A stretch of 33,982 nt of DNA from Nemertoderma westbladi (GCA_032718475.1 JAUCBJ010006443.1:1-33982), one strand, 5' to 3'. Counted from the stretch's first letter, positions 1-14,174 are shown. Numbers and translations: made by a program. Notes: a model not told the origin generated them from the sequence alone.

Positions 1-3000
1 TACCTGTTGGTTGTACTCCAGTGACACCCCCCACCTACCTGTTGGTTGTACTCCAGTGACACCCCCCACCTACATGTTGGCTGTACTCCAGTGACACCCC
101 CCACCTACCTGTTGGTTGTACTCCAGTAACACCCCCCACATACCTGTTGGTTGTACTCCAGTAACACCCCCCACATACCTGTTGGTTGTACTCCAGTGAC
201 ACCCCCCACCTACCTGTTGGTTGTACTCCAGTGACACCCCCCACATACCTGTTGGTTGTACTCCAGTAACACCCTCCACATACCTGTTGGCTGTACTCCA
301 GTGACACCCCCCACCTACCTGTTGGTTGTACTCCAGTGACACCCCCCACCTACATGTTGGCTGTACTCCAGTGACACCCCCCACCTACCTGTTGGTTGTA
401 CTCCAGTGACACCCCCCACATACCTGTTGGTTGTACTCCAGTGACACCCACCACAAACCTGTTGGTTGTACTCCAGTGACACCCCCCACATACCTGTTGG
501 TTGTACTCCAGTGACACCCCCCACATACCTGTTGGTTGTACTCCAGTAACACCCCCCACATACCTGTTGGTTGTACTCCAGTGACACCCCCCACCTACCT
601 GTTGGTTGTACTCCAGTGACACCCCCCACATACCTGTTGGTTGTACTCCAGTAACACCCCCCACATACCTGTTGGTTGTACTCCAGTAACACCCCCCACA
701 TACCTGTTGGTTGTACTCCAGTGACACCCCCCACCTACCTGTTGGTTGTACTCCAGTGACATCCCCCACATACCTGTTGGTTGTACTCCAGTAACACCCT
801 CCACATACCTGTTGGTTGTACTCCAGTGACACCCCCCACCTACCTGTTGGTTGTACTCCAGTAACACCCCCCACATACCTGTTGGTTGTACTCCAGTGAC
901 ACCCCCCACATACCTGTTGGTTGTACTCCAGTAACACCCCCCACCTACCTGTTGGTTGTACTCCAGGGACCCCACCCCACATACCTGTTGGTTGTACTCC
1001 AGTGACACCCACCCAAACCTGTTGGTTGTACTCCAGTGACACCCCCCACATACCTGTTGGTTGTACTCCAGGGACCCCACCCCACATACCTGTTGGTTGT
1101 ACTCCAGGGACCCCACCCCACATACCTGTTGGTTGTACTCCAGTGACACCCACCCAAACCTGTTGGTTGTACTCCAGTGACACCCCCCACATACCTGTTG
1201 GTTGTACTCCAGGGACCCCACCCCACATACCTGTTGGTTGTACTCCAGTGACACCCACCCAAACCTGTTGGTTGTACTCCAGTGACACCCCCCACATACC
1301 TGTTGGTTGTACTCCAGTGACACCCACCCAAACCTGTTGGTTGTACTCCAGTAACACCCCCCACATACCTGTTGGTTGTACTCCAGTGACACCCCCCACA
1401 TACCTGTTGGTTGTACTCCAGTGGCACCCCCCACCTACCTGTTGGTTGTACTCCAGTGACACCCCCCACATACCTGTTGGTTGTACTCCAGTGACACCCC
1501 CCACATACCTGTTGGTTGTACTCCAGGGACCCCACCCCACCTACCTGTTGGTTGTACTCCAGGGACAACAGCCCACATACCTGTTGGTTGTACTCCAGTG
1601 ACACCCACCACAAACCTGTTGGTTGTACTCCAGTGACACCCCCCACATACCTGTTGGTTGTACTCCAGTGACACCCACCACAAACCTGTTGGTTGTACTC
1701 CAGTGACACCCTCCACATACCTGTTGGTTGTACTCCAGTAACACCCCCACATACCTGTTGGTTGTACTCCAGTAACACCCCCACATACCTGTTGGTTGTA
1801 CTCCAGTGACACCCCCCACCTACCTGTTGGTTGTACTCCAGTGACACCCCCCACATACCTGTTGGTTGTACTCCAGTGACACCCCCCACATACCTGTTGG
1901 TTGTACTCCAGTGACACCCCCCACATACCTGTTGGTTGTACTCCAGTGACACCCTCCACATACCTGTTGGTTGTACTCCAGTGACACCCCCCACATACCT
2001 GTTGGTTGTACTCCAGTGACACCCCCCACATACCTGTTGGTTGTACTCCAGTGACACCCCCCACATACATGTTGGTTGTACTCCAGTGACACCCTCCACA
2101 TACCTGTTGGCTGTACTCCAGTGACACCCCCCACATACCTGTTGGTTGTACTCCAGTGACACCCCCCACATACCTGTTGGTTGTACTCCAGTGACACCCC
2201 CCACATACCTGTTGGTTGTACTCCAGTGACCCCTCCCCCCCATACATGTTGGCTGTACTCCAGTGACACCCCCCACCTACCTGTTGGCTGTACTCCAGTG
2301 ACACCCACCCAAACCTGTTGGTTGTACTCCAGTGACCCCTCCCCCCCATACATGTTGGCTGTACTCCAGTGACACCCCCCACCTACCTGTTGGCTGTACT
2401 CCAGTGACACCCACCCAAACCTGTTGGTTGTACTCCAGTGACCCCTCCCCCCCATACCTGTTGGCTGTACTCCAGTGACACCCCCCACCTACCTGTTGGT
2501 TGTACTCCAGTGACACCCCCCACATACCTGTTGGTTGTACTCCAGTGACACCCCCCACATACATGTTGGTTGTACTCCAGTGACACCCTCCACATACCTG
2601 TTGGTTGTACTCCAGTGACACCCCCCACATACCTGTTGGTTGTACTCCAGTGACACCCCCCACATACCTGTTGGTTGTACTCCAGTGACCCCTCCCCCCC
2701 ATACATGTTGGCTGTACTCCAGTGACACCCCCCACCTACCTGTTGGTTGTACTCCAGTGACACCCCCCACATACCTGTTGGTTGTACTCCAGTGACACCC
2801 CCCACATACCTGTTGGTTGTACTCCAGTGACACCCTCCCACATACCTGTTGGTTGTACTCCAGTGACACCCTCCACATACCTGTTGGCTGTACTCCAGTG
2901 ACACCCCCCACATACCTGTTGGTTGTACTCCAGTGACCCCTCCCCCCCATACATGTTGGCTGTACTCCAGTGACACCCCCCACCTACCTGTTGGCTGTAC

Positions 3001-5252
3001 TCCAGTGACACCCACCCAAACCTGTTGGTTGTACTCCAGTGACACCCCCCACATACCTGTTGGTTGTACTCCAGTGACACCCCCCACATACCTGTTGGTT
3101 GTACTCCACTGACACCCCCCACATACATGTTGGTTGTACTCCAGTGACACCCCCCACCTACCTGTTGGCTGTACTCCAGTGACCCCTCCCCCCCATACAT
3201 GTTGGCTGTACTCCAGTGACACCCCCCACATACCTGTTGGTTGTACTCCACTGACACCCCCCACATACCTGTTGGCTGTACTCCAGTGACACCCACCCAA
3301 TACCTGTTGGTTGTACTCCAGTGACACCCCCCACCTACCTGTTGGCTGTACTCCAGTGACCCCTCCCCCCCATACATGTTGGCTGTACTCCAGTGACACC
3401 CCCCACATACCTGTGGGTTGTACTCCAGTGACACCCCCCACCTACCTGTTGGTTGTACTCCAGGGACCCCTCCCCCATACATGTTGGTTGTACTCCAGTG
3501 ACACCCCCCACATACCTGTTGGTTGTACTCCACTGACACCCCCCAGATACCTCTTGGTTGTACTCCAGTGACACCCCCCACCTACATGTTGGTTGTACTC
3601 CAGTGACACCCCCCACATACCTGTTGGTTGTACTCCAGTGACCCCTCCCCCCCATATATGTTGGCTGTACTCCAGTGACATCCACCCAAACCTGTTGGCT
3701 GTACTCCAGTGACACCCCCCACATACCTGTTGGTTGTACTCCAGTGACACCCCCCATCTACCTGTTGGCTGTACTCCAGTGACACCCACCCAAACCTGTT
3801 GGTTGTACTCCAGTGACATCCCCCACATACCTGTTGGTTGTACTCCACTGACACCCCCCACATACCTGTTGGTTGTACTCCAGTGACACCCCCCACATAC
3901 CTGTTGGTTGTACTCCAGTGACACCCCCCACATACCTGTTGGTTGTACTCCAGTGACACCCCCCACATACCTGTTGGTTGTACTCCACTGACACCCCCCA
4001 CATACCTGTTGGTTGTACTCCACTGACACCCCCCACATACCTGTTGGTTGTACTCCAGTGACACCCCCCACCTACCTGTTGGTTGTACTCCAGTAACACC
4101 CCCACATACCTGTTGGTTGTACTCCACTGACACCCCCCACATACCTGTTGGTTGTACTCCACTGACACCCCCCACATACCTGTTGGTTGTACTCCAGTGA
4201 CACCCCCCACCTACCTGTTGGTTGTACTCCAGTAACACCCCCACATACCTGTTGGTTGTACTCCAGTGACACCCCCCACCTACCTGTTGGTTGTACTCCA
4301 GTAACACCCCCACATACATGTTGGTTGTACTCCACTGACACCCCCCACATACCTGTTGGTTGTACTCCAGTGACACCCCCCACCTACCTGTTGGTTGTAC
4401 TCCAGTAACACCCCCACATACCTGTTGGTTGTACTCCAGTGACACCCCCCACCTACCTGTTGGTTGTACTCCAGTAACACCCCCACATACCTGTTGGTTG
4501 TACTCCACTGACACCCCCCACATACCTGTTGGTTGTACTCCACTGACACCCCCCACATACCTGTTGGTTGTACTCCAGTGACACCCCCCACCTACCTGTT
4601 GGTTGTACTCCAGTAACACCCCCACATACATGTTGGTTGTACTCCAGTGACACCCCCACCTACCTGTTGGTTGTACTCCAGTGACCCCTCCCCCCCATAT
4701 ATGTTGGTTGTACTCCAGTGACATCCACCCAAACATGTTGGCTGTACTCCAGTGACACCCCCCACATACCTGTTGGTTGTACTCCAGTGACACCTCCCAC
4801 CTACCTGTTGGCTGTACTCCAGTGACACCCCCCACATACATGTTGGTTGTACTCCAGTGACACCCCCCACATACCTGTTGGTTGTACTCCAGTAACACCC
4901 CCCACATACCTGTTGGTTGTACTCCAGTGACACCCCCCACATACATGTTGGTTGTACTCCAGTGACACTCCCCACATACCTGTTGGTTGTACTCCAGGGA
5001 CCCCACCCCACATACCTGTTGGTTGTACTCCAGTAACACCCCCCCCCCCCCCACATACCTGTTGATTGAACTCCAGTAACACCCCCACCTACCTGTTGGT
5101 TGTACTCCAGTGACACCCCCACCTACCTGTTGGTTGTACTCCAGTGACCCCCCCCCCCCCCCATACATGTTGGCTGTACTCCAGTGACCCCCCCCCCCCA
5201 CCTGTTGGCTGTACTCATGTGACACTCCCCCCATACCTGTTGGTTGTACTCC
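1..5252 (-). repeat. 35-bp tandem minisatellite (~150 copies, runs off window start) derived from the exon/intron junction of the SIK exon at 5388-5237
   Basis: Plus-strand unit TACCTGTTGGTTGTACTCCAGTGACACCCCCCACA with 34-36 bp variants. On the minus strand it reads GGAGTACAACCAACAG|GTATGTGGGGGGTGTCACT, i.e. the last 16 exon nt plus ~19 intron nt. Confidence 0.97.
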
Positions 5253-5388
5253 TGTGGCTGTTCTTCTATTGGTACAGTGTGTGGCTCCCGTCCAACCGCC
5301 TGGGTCCATCTGTGTTTCCTTATTTGAATGGCTGTAAGTCGTCTGTTGGGATCCACAACCAACATTCGTCGAATTAAATGCTCGCAAT
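5237..5388 (-). CDS. SIK2: SIK2-like kinase exon (end of kinase domain, linker, start of UBA region)
   Basis: Acceptor ...TTTGGTTACCGTAG at 5390-5389, donor CAG|GTATGG at 5236. The 152 nt give (D)CEHLIRRMLVVDPNRRLTAIQIRKHRW...QEYNQQ, matching SIK-family DCEHLIRRMLVLDP. Phase fits the preceding exon (G|AT = Asp). Confidence 0.9.
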
Positions 5389-5645
5389 CTACGGTAACCA
5401 AAGAAACGAAATACTGAATGACTAATTAACAGATACATTTTACTTATTTACTTACAAGTAACTTTTTTAAAAGTCGAATTTTTGAGAGCTTGAGATCGGA
5501 TGAGTTAAAAGATATTTTATAAAGTTTCACCCGAATCTTTACACTGTATCTCTTTATTTCCTCTGTACTTGTTTTTCTACTTACCTTGCAAATATGGCCA
5601 AATGTCTCATCTACCAGGCCATATAATGAAGTCTATGGTACTAAA

Positions 5646-5929
5646 ATTAATTAGATTAATTAATTAATTAGATTAATTAATTAATTAGATTAATTAATTA
5701 ATTAATTAGATTAATTAATTAATTAGATTAATTAATTAATTAGATTAATTAATTAATTAGATTAATTAATTAATTAGATTAATTAATTAATTAGATTAAT
5801 TAATTAATTAGATTAATTAATTAATTAGATTAATTAATTAATTAGATTAATTAATTAATTAGATTAATTAATTAATTAGATTAATTAATTAATTAGATTA
5901 ATTAATTAATTAGATTAATTAATTAATTA
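5646..5929. repeat. 17-bp AT-rich minisatellite G(ATTA)4, ~17 copies
   Basis: Near-perfect GATTAATTAATTAATTA tandem units. Confidence 0.95.
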
Positions 5930-6141
5930 TAGTATAGTAGGTTTTAGTAGTAGTAGTAGTAGTTAGTAGTAGTAGTAGTAGTTAGTAGTAGTATAGTAGG
6001 TAGTAGTAGTATAGTAGTTTTAGTAGTAGTAGTAGTAGTTAGTAGTAGTAGTAGTAGTATTAGTAGTAGTATAGTAGTTTAGTAGTAGTAGTAGTAGTTT
6101 TAGTAGTAGTAGTAGTAGGTTTAGTAGTAGTAGTAGTAGTT

Positions 6142-6178
<37 letters not shown>

Positions 6179-6243
6179 GTAGTAGTAGTAGTAGTAGTAG
6201 GTAGTAGTAGTAGTAGTAGTAGTTGTAGTAGTAGTAGTAGTAG

Positions 6244-6289
<46 letters not shown>

Positions 6290-7325
6290 GTAGTAGTAGT
6301 AGTAGTAGTAGGTTTAGTAGTAGTAGTAGTTAGTAGTAGTAGTAGTAGTAGTAGTTGTAGTAGTAGTAGTAGTAGGGTTAGTAGTAGTAGTAGTAGTTGT
6401 AGTAGTAGTAGTAGTAGGTTGTAGTAGTAGTATAGTAGTATTAGTAGTAGTATAGTAGGTAGTAGTAGTAGTAGTAGTAGGTTTAGTAGTAGTAGTAGTT
6501 GGTAGTAGTAGTAGTAGTAGTTAGTAGTAGTAGTAGTAGTAGTAGGTAGTAGTAGTAGTAGTAGTAGGTAGTAGTAGTAGTAGTAGTAGGTAGTAGTAGT
6601 AGTAGTAGTAGGGTTTAGTAGTAGTAGTAGTAGGTTGTAGTAGTAGTATAGTAGGTAGTAGTAGTAGTAGTAGTAGGTAGTAGTAGTAGTAGTAGTAGGT
6701 AGTAGTAGTAGTAGTAGTAGGTAGTAGTAGTAGTAGTAGTAGTTGTAGTAGTAGTAGTAGTAGTATTAGTAGTAGTATAGTAGGTAGTAGTAGTAGTATA
6801 GTAGTAGTTAGTAGTAGTAGTAGTAGGTAGTAGTAGTAGTAGTAGTAGTTGTAGTAGTAGTAGTAGTAGGTATTAGTAGTAGTAGTAGTAGTTGTAGTAG
6901 TAGTATAGTAGGTAGTAGTAGTAGTAGTAGTAGTTTTAGTAGTAGTATAGTAGGTAGTAGTAGTAGTAGTAGTAGGTTTTAGTAGTAGTATAGTAGGGTA
7001 GTAGTAGTAGTAGTATGGTAGTAGTAGTAGTAGTTAGTTTAGTAGTAGTAGTAGTAGGTTTTAGTAGTAGTATAGTAGGTTTTAGTAGTAGTATAGTAGG
7101 TTTTAGTAGTAGTAGTAGTAGGTTTTAGTAGTAGTATAGTAGGTTTTAGTAGTAGTAGTAGTAGTTTTAGTAGTAGTAGTAGTAGGTAGTAGTAGTAGTA
7201 TAGTAGGTTTTAGTAGTAGTATAGTAGGTTTTAGTAGTAGTAGTAGTAGGTTTTAGTAGTAGTATAGTAGGTTTTAGTAGTAGTAGTAGTTGGTTTTAGT
7301 AGTAGTATAGTTGGTTTTAGTTTAG
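5929..7325. repeat. Long degenerate (TAG)n/(CTA)n microsatellite, ~1.4 kb
   Basis: Continuous TAG triplets interrupted by TAGG, TTTT and TATAG variants. Confidence 0.97.
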
Positions 7326-7724
<399 letters not shown>

Positions 7725-10700
7725 TTAAAGTAATAAAATAAATAATGAGACTATATTACGTGTTATATCGTGTTAGTAGTTAGTTGCTATGCGGTGTCTC
7801 AAGCGCACCACCTTGTCCTTGTGCTACTGGGATAGATACTAGGATACTCTAAATGCGAGGTTCAGTCCGCAACTGTTTCGCCGACGCAACGATGAGCGAC
7901 TTAGTTGCTCATTGGGGAGCAAATAAGTGTTGGATAGTGATGAGAGATGAACCTTGGGAGTAAAAGTGCCTCACTCTATGCGTCACAAGGTAAGAACAAA
8001 GGAGACCCGCAATATAATAAACGGCATCCTCATGTATCAATAATGGCGTCTATGGCAGTAATCAAACACTTACCATTAGATCTCTGTGCACCACTTTGTG
8101 GTTGTGGCAGTAATCAAACACTTACCATTAGATCTCTGTGCACCACTTTGTGGTTGTGGCAGTAATCAAACACTTACCATTAGATCTCTGTGCACCACTT
8201 TGTGGTTGTGGCAGTAATCAAACACTTACCATTAGATCTCTGTGCACCACTTTGTGGTTGTGGCAGTAAGCAAACACTTACCATTAGATCTCTGTGCACC
8301 ACTTTGTGGTTGTGGCAGTAATCAAACACTTACCATTAGATCTCTGTGCACCACTTTGTGGTTGTGGCAGTAATCAAACACTTACCATTAGATCTCTGTG
8401 CACCACTTTGTGGTTGTGGCAGTAATCAAACACTTACCATTAGATCTCTGTGCACCACTTTGTGGTTGTGGCAGTAATCAAACACTTACCATTAGATCTC
8501 TGTGCACCACTTTGTGGTTGTGACAATAATCAAACACTTACCATTAGATCTCTGTGCACCACCTTGCGGCTGTGGCAGTAATCGAACACTTACCTTTAGA
8601 TCTCTGTGCACCACTTTGTGGTTGTGGCAATAATCAAACACTTACCATTAGATCTCTGTGCACCACTTTGTGGTTGTGGCAGTAATCGAACACTTACCTT
8701 TAGATCTCTGTGCACCACTTTGTGGTTGTGGCAATAATCAAAAACTTACCATTAGATCTCTGTGCACCACTTTGTGGTTGTGGCAGTAATCAAACACTTA
8801 CCATTAGATCTCTGTGCACCACTTTGTGGTTGTGGCAATAATCAAACACTTACCATTAGATCTCTGTGCACCACTTTGTGGTTGTGGCAGTAATCAAACA
8901 CTTACCATTAGATCTCTGTGCACCACTTTGTGGTTGTGGCAATAATCAAACACTTACCATTAGATCTCTGTGCACCACTTTGTGGTTGTGGCAATAATCA
9001 AACACTTACCATTAGATCTCTGTGCACCACTTTGTGGTTGTGGCAATAATCAAACACTTACCATTAGATCTCTGTGCACCACTTTATGGTTGTGGCAATA
9101 ATCAAACACTTACCATTAGATCTCTGTGCACCACTTTGTGGTTGTGGCAATAATCAAACACTTACCATTAGATCTCTGTGCACCACTTTGTGGTTGTGGC
9201 AATAATCAAACACTTACCATTAGATCTCTGTGCACCACTTTGTGGTTGTGGCAATAATCAAACACTTACCATTAGATCTCTGTGCACCACTTTATGGTTG
9301 TGGCAATAATCAAACACTTACCATTAGATCTCTGTGCACCACTTTGTGGTTGTGACAATAATCAAACACTTACCATTAGATCTCTGTGCACCACCTTGCG
9401 GCTGTGGCAGTAATCGAACACTTACCTTTAGATCTCTGTGCACCACTTTGTGGTTGTGGCAATAATCAAACACTTACCATTAGATCTCTGTGCACCACCT
9501 TGTGGTTGTGGCAGTAATCAAACACTTACCATTAGATCTCTGTGCACCACTTTGTGGTTGTGGCAATAATCAAACACTTACCATTAGATCTCTGTGCACC
9601 ACTTTGTGGTTGTGGCAGTAATCAAAAACTTACCATTAGATCTCTGTGCACCACATTGTGGTTGTGGCAGTAATCAAACACTTACCATTAGATCTCTGTG
9701 CACCACTTTGTGGTTGTGGCAGTAATCAAACACTTACCATTAGATCTCTGTGCACCACTTTGTGGTTGTAGCAATAATCAAACACTTACCATTAGATCTC
9801 TGTGCACCACTTTGTGGTTGTGGCAGTAATCAAACACTTACCATTAGATCTCTGTGCACCACTTTGTGGTTGTGGCAGTAATCAAACACTTACCATTAGA
9901 TCTCTGTGCACCACTTTGTGGTTGTGGCAGTAATCAAACACTTACCATTAGATCTCTGTGCACCACTTTGTGGTTGTGGCAGTAATCAAACACTTACCAT
10001 TAGATCTCTGTGCACCACTTTGTGGTTGTGGCAGTAATCAAACACTTACCATTAGATCTCTGTGCACCACTTTGTGGTTGTGGCAGTAATCAAACACTTA
10101 CCATTAGATCTCTGTGCACCACTTTGTGGTTGTGGCAGTAATCAAACACTTACCATTAGATCTCTGTGCACCACCTTACGGCTGTGGCTGTAATCAAACA
10201 CTTACCATTAGATCTCTGTGCACCACTTTGTGGTTGTGGCAGTAATCAAACACTTACCATTAGATCTCTGTGCACCACTTTGTGGTTGTGGCAATAATCA
10301 AAAACTTACCATTAGATCTCTGTGCACCACTTTGTGGTTGTGGCAGTAATCAAACACTTACCATTAGATCTCTGTGCACCACTTTGTGGTTGTGGCAATA
10401 ATCAAAAACTTACCATTAGATCTCTGTGCACCACTTTGTGGTTGTGGCAGTAATCAAACACTTACCATTAGATCTCTGTGCACCACTTTGTGGTTGTGAC
10501 AATAATCAAACACTTACCATTAGATCTCTGTGCACCACTTTGTGGTTGTGGCAGTAATCAAACACTTACCATTAGATCTCTGTGCACCACCTTGTGGCTG
10601 TGGCAGTAATCCAACACTTACCATTAGATCTCTGTGCACCACTTTGTGGTTGTGGCAGTAATCAAACACTTTCCATTAGATCTCTGTGCACCACCTTGTG

Positions 10701-12974
10701 GCTGTGGCAGTAATCCAACACTTACCATTAGATCTCTGTGCACCACCTTGTGGCTGTGGCAGTAATCCAACACTTACCATTAGATCTCTGTGCACCACCT
10801 TGTGGCTGTGGCAGTAATCCAACACTTACCATTAGATCTCTGTGCACCACTTTGTGGTTGTGGCAGTAATCAAACACTTACCATTAGATCTCTGTGCACC
10901 ACTTTGTGGTTGTGGCAGTAATCAAACACTTACCATTAGATCTCTGTGCACCACTTTGTGGTTGTGGCAGTAATCAAACACTTACCATTAGATCTCTGTG
11001 CACCACTTTGTGGTTGTGGCAGTAATCAAACACCTACCATTAGATCTCTGTGCACCACGTTGTGGTTGTGGCAGTAATCAAACACTTACCATTAGATCTC
11101 TGTGCACCACTTTGTGGTTGTGGCAGTAATCAAACACTTACCATTAGATCTCTGTGCACCACTTTGTGGTTGTGGCAGTAATCAAACACCTACCATTAGA
11201 TCTCTGTGCACCACGTTGTGGTTGTGGCAGTAATCAAACACTTACCATTAGATCTCTGTGCACCACTTTGTGGTTGTGGCAGTAATCAAACACTTACCAT
11301 TAGATCTCTGTGCACCACTTTGTGGTTGTGGCAGTAATCAAACACTTACCATTAGATCTCTGTGCACCACTTTGTGGTTGTGGCAATAATCAAACACTTA
11401 CCATTAGATCTCTGTGCACCACTTTGTGGTTGTGGCAGTAATCAAACACCTACCATTAGATCTCTGTGCACCACGTTGTGGTTGTGGCAGTAATCAAACA
11501 CTTACCATTAGATCTCTGTGCACCACTTTGTGGTTGTGGCAGTAATCCAACACTTACCATTAGATCTCTGTGCACCACTTTGTGGTTGTGGCAGTAATCA
11601 AACACTTACCATTAGATCTCTGTGCACCACTTTGTGGTTGTGGCAGTAATCAAACACTTACCATTAGATCTCTGTGCACCACCTTGTGGTTGTGGCAATA
11701 ATCAAACACTTACCATTAGATCTCTGTGCACCACTTTGTGGTTGTGGCAGGAATCAAAAACTTACCATTAGATCTCTGTGCACCACTTTGTGGTTGTAGC
11801 AGTAATCAAACACTTACCATTAGATCTCTGTGCACCACTTTGTGGTTGTGGCAATAATCAAACACTTACCATTAGATCTCTGTGCACCACTTTGTGGTTG
11901 TGGCAGGAATCAAAAACTTACCATTAGATCTCTGTGCACCACTTTGTGGTTGTGGCAGTAATCAAACACTTACCATTAGATCTCTGTGCACCACTTTGTG
12001 GTTGTGGCAATAATCAAACACTTACCATTAGATCTCTGTGCACCACTTTGTGGTTGTGGCAGGAATCAAAAACTTACCATTAGATCTCTGTGCACCACTT
12101 TGTGGTTGTAGCAGTAATCAAACACTTACCATTAGATCTCTGTGCACCACTTTGTGGTTGTGACAATAATCAAACACTTACCATTAGATCTCTGTGCACC
12201 ACTTTGTGGTTGTGGCAGTAATCAAACACTTACCATTAGATCTCTGTGCACCACTTTGTGGTTGTGGCAATAATCAAACACTTACCATTAGATCTCTGTG
12301 CACCACTTTGTGGTTGTGGCAGGAATCAAAAACTTACCATTAGATCTCTGTGCACCACTTTGTGGTTGTAGCAGTAATCAAACACTTACCATTAGATCTC
12401 TGTGCACCACTTTGTGGTTGTGACAATAATCAAACACTTACCATTAGATCTCTGTGCACCACTTTGTGGTTGTGGCAGTAATCAAACACTTACCATTAGA
12501 TCTCTGTGCACCACTTTGTGGTTGTGGCAGTAATCAAACACTTACCATTAGATCTCTGTGCACCACTTTGTGGTTGTGGCAGTAATCAAACACTTACCAT
12601 TAGATCTCTGTGCACCACCTTGTGGTTGTGGCAGTAATCAAACACTTACCATTAGATCTCTGTGCACCACTTTGTGGTTGTGGCAGTAATCAAACACTTA
12701 CCATTAGATCTCTGTGCACCACTTTGTGGTTGTGGCAATAATCAAACACTTACCATTAGATCTCTGTGCACCACTTTGTGGTTGTGGCAGTAATCAAACA
12801 CTTACCATTAGATCTCTGTGCACCACTTTGTGGTTGTGGCAATAATCAAACACTTACCATTAGATCTCTGTGCACCACTTTGTGGTTGTGGCAGTAATCA
12901 AACACTTACCATTAGATCTCTGTGCACCACTTTATGGTTGTGGCAGTAATCCAACACTTACCATTAGATCTCTG

Positions 12975-13149
12975 TTTGGTACGAGATGAAAGTGTTTATA
13001 AATATAGTGTCATCCATCCCTGTTACAATGTTGTTCTAGAAAGTTTAAGTGCATAGTGTAGCCGTGGCGGGAAATTCAAAAGGTGATATACAGTCTAGAC
13101 CGTAGGAAATAAGATACCGGTAGAAATTTGAATTAGTTATAACATAGTG
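12975..13149 (+). repeat. 175-bp insert in the 52-bp array, copy of 18116-18290
   Basis: TTTGGTACGAGATGAAAG...TTATAACATAGTG, identical by eye to 18116-18290. It replaces ~22 bp of one repeat unit. Confidence 0.93.
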
Positions 13150-13999
13150 TAATCAAACACTTACCATTAGATCTCTGTGCACCACTTTGTGGTTGTGGCA
13201 GTAATCAAACACTTACCATTAGATCTCTGTGCACCACTTTGTGGTTGTGGCAGTAATCAAACACTTACCATTAGATCTCTGTGCACCACTTTGTGGTTGT
13301 GGCAATAATCAAAAACTTACCATTAGATCTCTGTGCACCACCTTGTGGTTGTGGCAGTAATCAAACACTTACCATTAGATCTCTGTGCACCACCTTGTGG
13401 TTGTGACAGTAATCAAACACTTACCATTAGATCTCTGTGCACCACCTTGTGGCTGTGGCAGTAATCAAACACTTACCATTAGATCTCTGTGCACCACTTT
13501 GTGGTTGTGGCAATAATCAAACACTTACCATTAGATCTCTGTGCACCACCTTGTGGTTGTGGCAGTAATCAAACACTTACCATTAGATCTCTGTGCACCA
13601 CTTTGTGGTTGTGGCAGTAATCAAACACTTACCATTAGATCTCTGTGCACCACTTTGTGGTTGTGGCAATAATCAAACACTTACCATTAGATCTCTGTGC
13701 ACCACTTTGTGGTTGTGGCAGGAATCAAAAACTTACCATTAGATCTCTGTGCACCACTTTGTGGTTGTGGCAATAATCAAAAACTTACCATTAGATCTCT
13801 GTGCACCACTTTGTGGTTGTGGCAATAATCAAACACTTACCATTAGATCTCTGTGCACCACTTTGTGGTTGTGGCAGGAATCAAAAACTTCTCTGTGCAC
13901 CACTTTGTGGTTGTGGCAGTAATCCAACACTTACCATTAGATCTCTGTGTACCACTTTGTGGTTGTGGCAGTAATCCAACACTTACCATTAGATCTCTG

Positions 14000-14174
14000 T
14001 TTGGTACGAGATGAAAGTGTTTATAAATATAGTGTCATCCATCCCTGTTACAATGTTGTTCTAGAAAGTTTAAGTGCATAGTGTAGCCGTGGCGGGAAAT
14101 TCAAAAGGTGATATACAGTCTAGACCGTAGGAAATAAGATACCGGTAGAAATTTGAATTAGTTATAACATAGTG
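14000..14174 (+). repeat. Second copy of the 175-bp insert
   Basis: Same sequence and same junctions as 12975-13149, 1025 bp downstream. Confidence 0.93.

Noticed and set aside
1-5236. CAG|GT units as recursive-splicing ratchet points
   Set aside because: No polypyrimidine tract precedes the AG (GGAGTACAACCAACAG), so they look like donors only.
35-5438. Many long ORFs (up to 618 aa) in the 35-bp array
   Set aside because: Artefacts of a stop-poor repeat; the same peptides cycle through all three frames because 35 is not a multiple of 3.
5929-7325. Interstitial telomeric repeat
   Set aside because: The unit is TAG, not TTAGGG or TTAGG.
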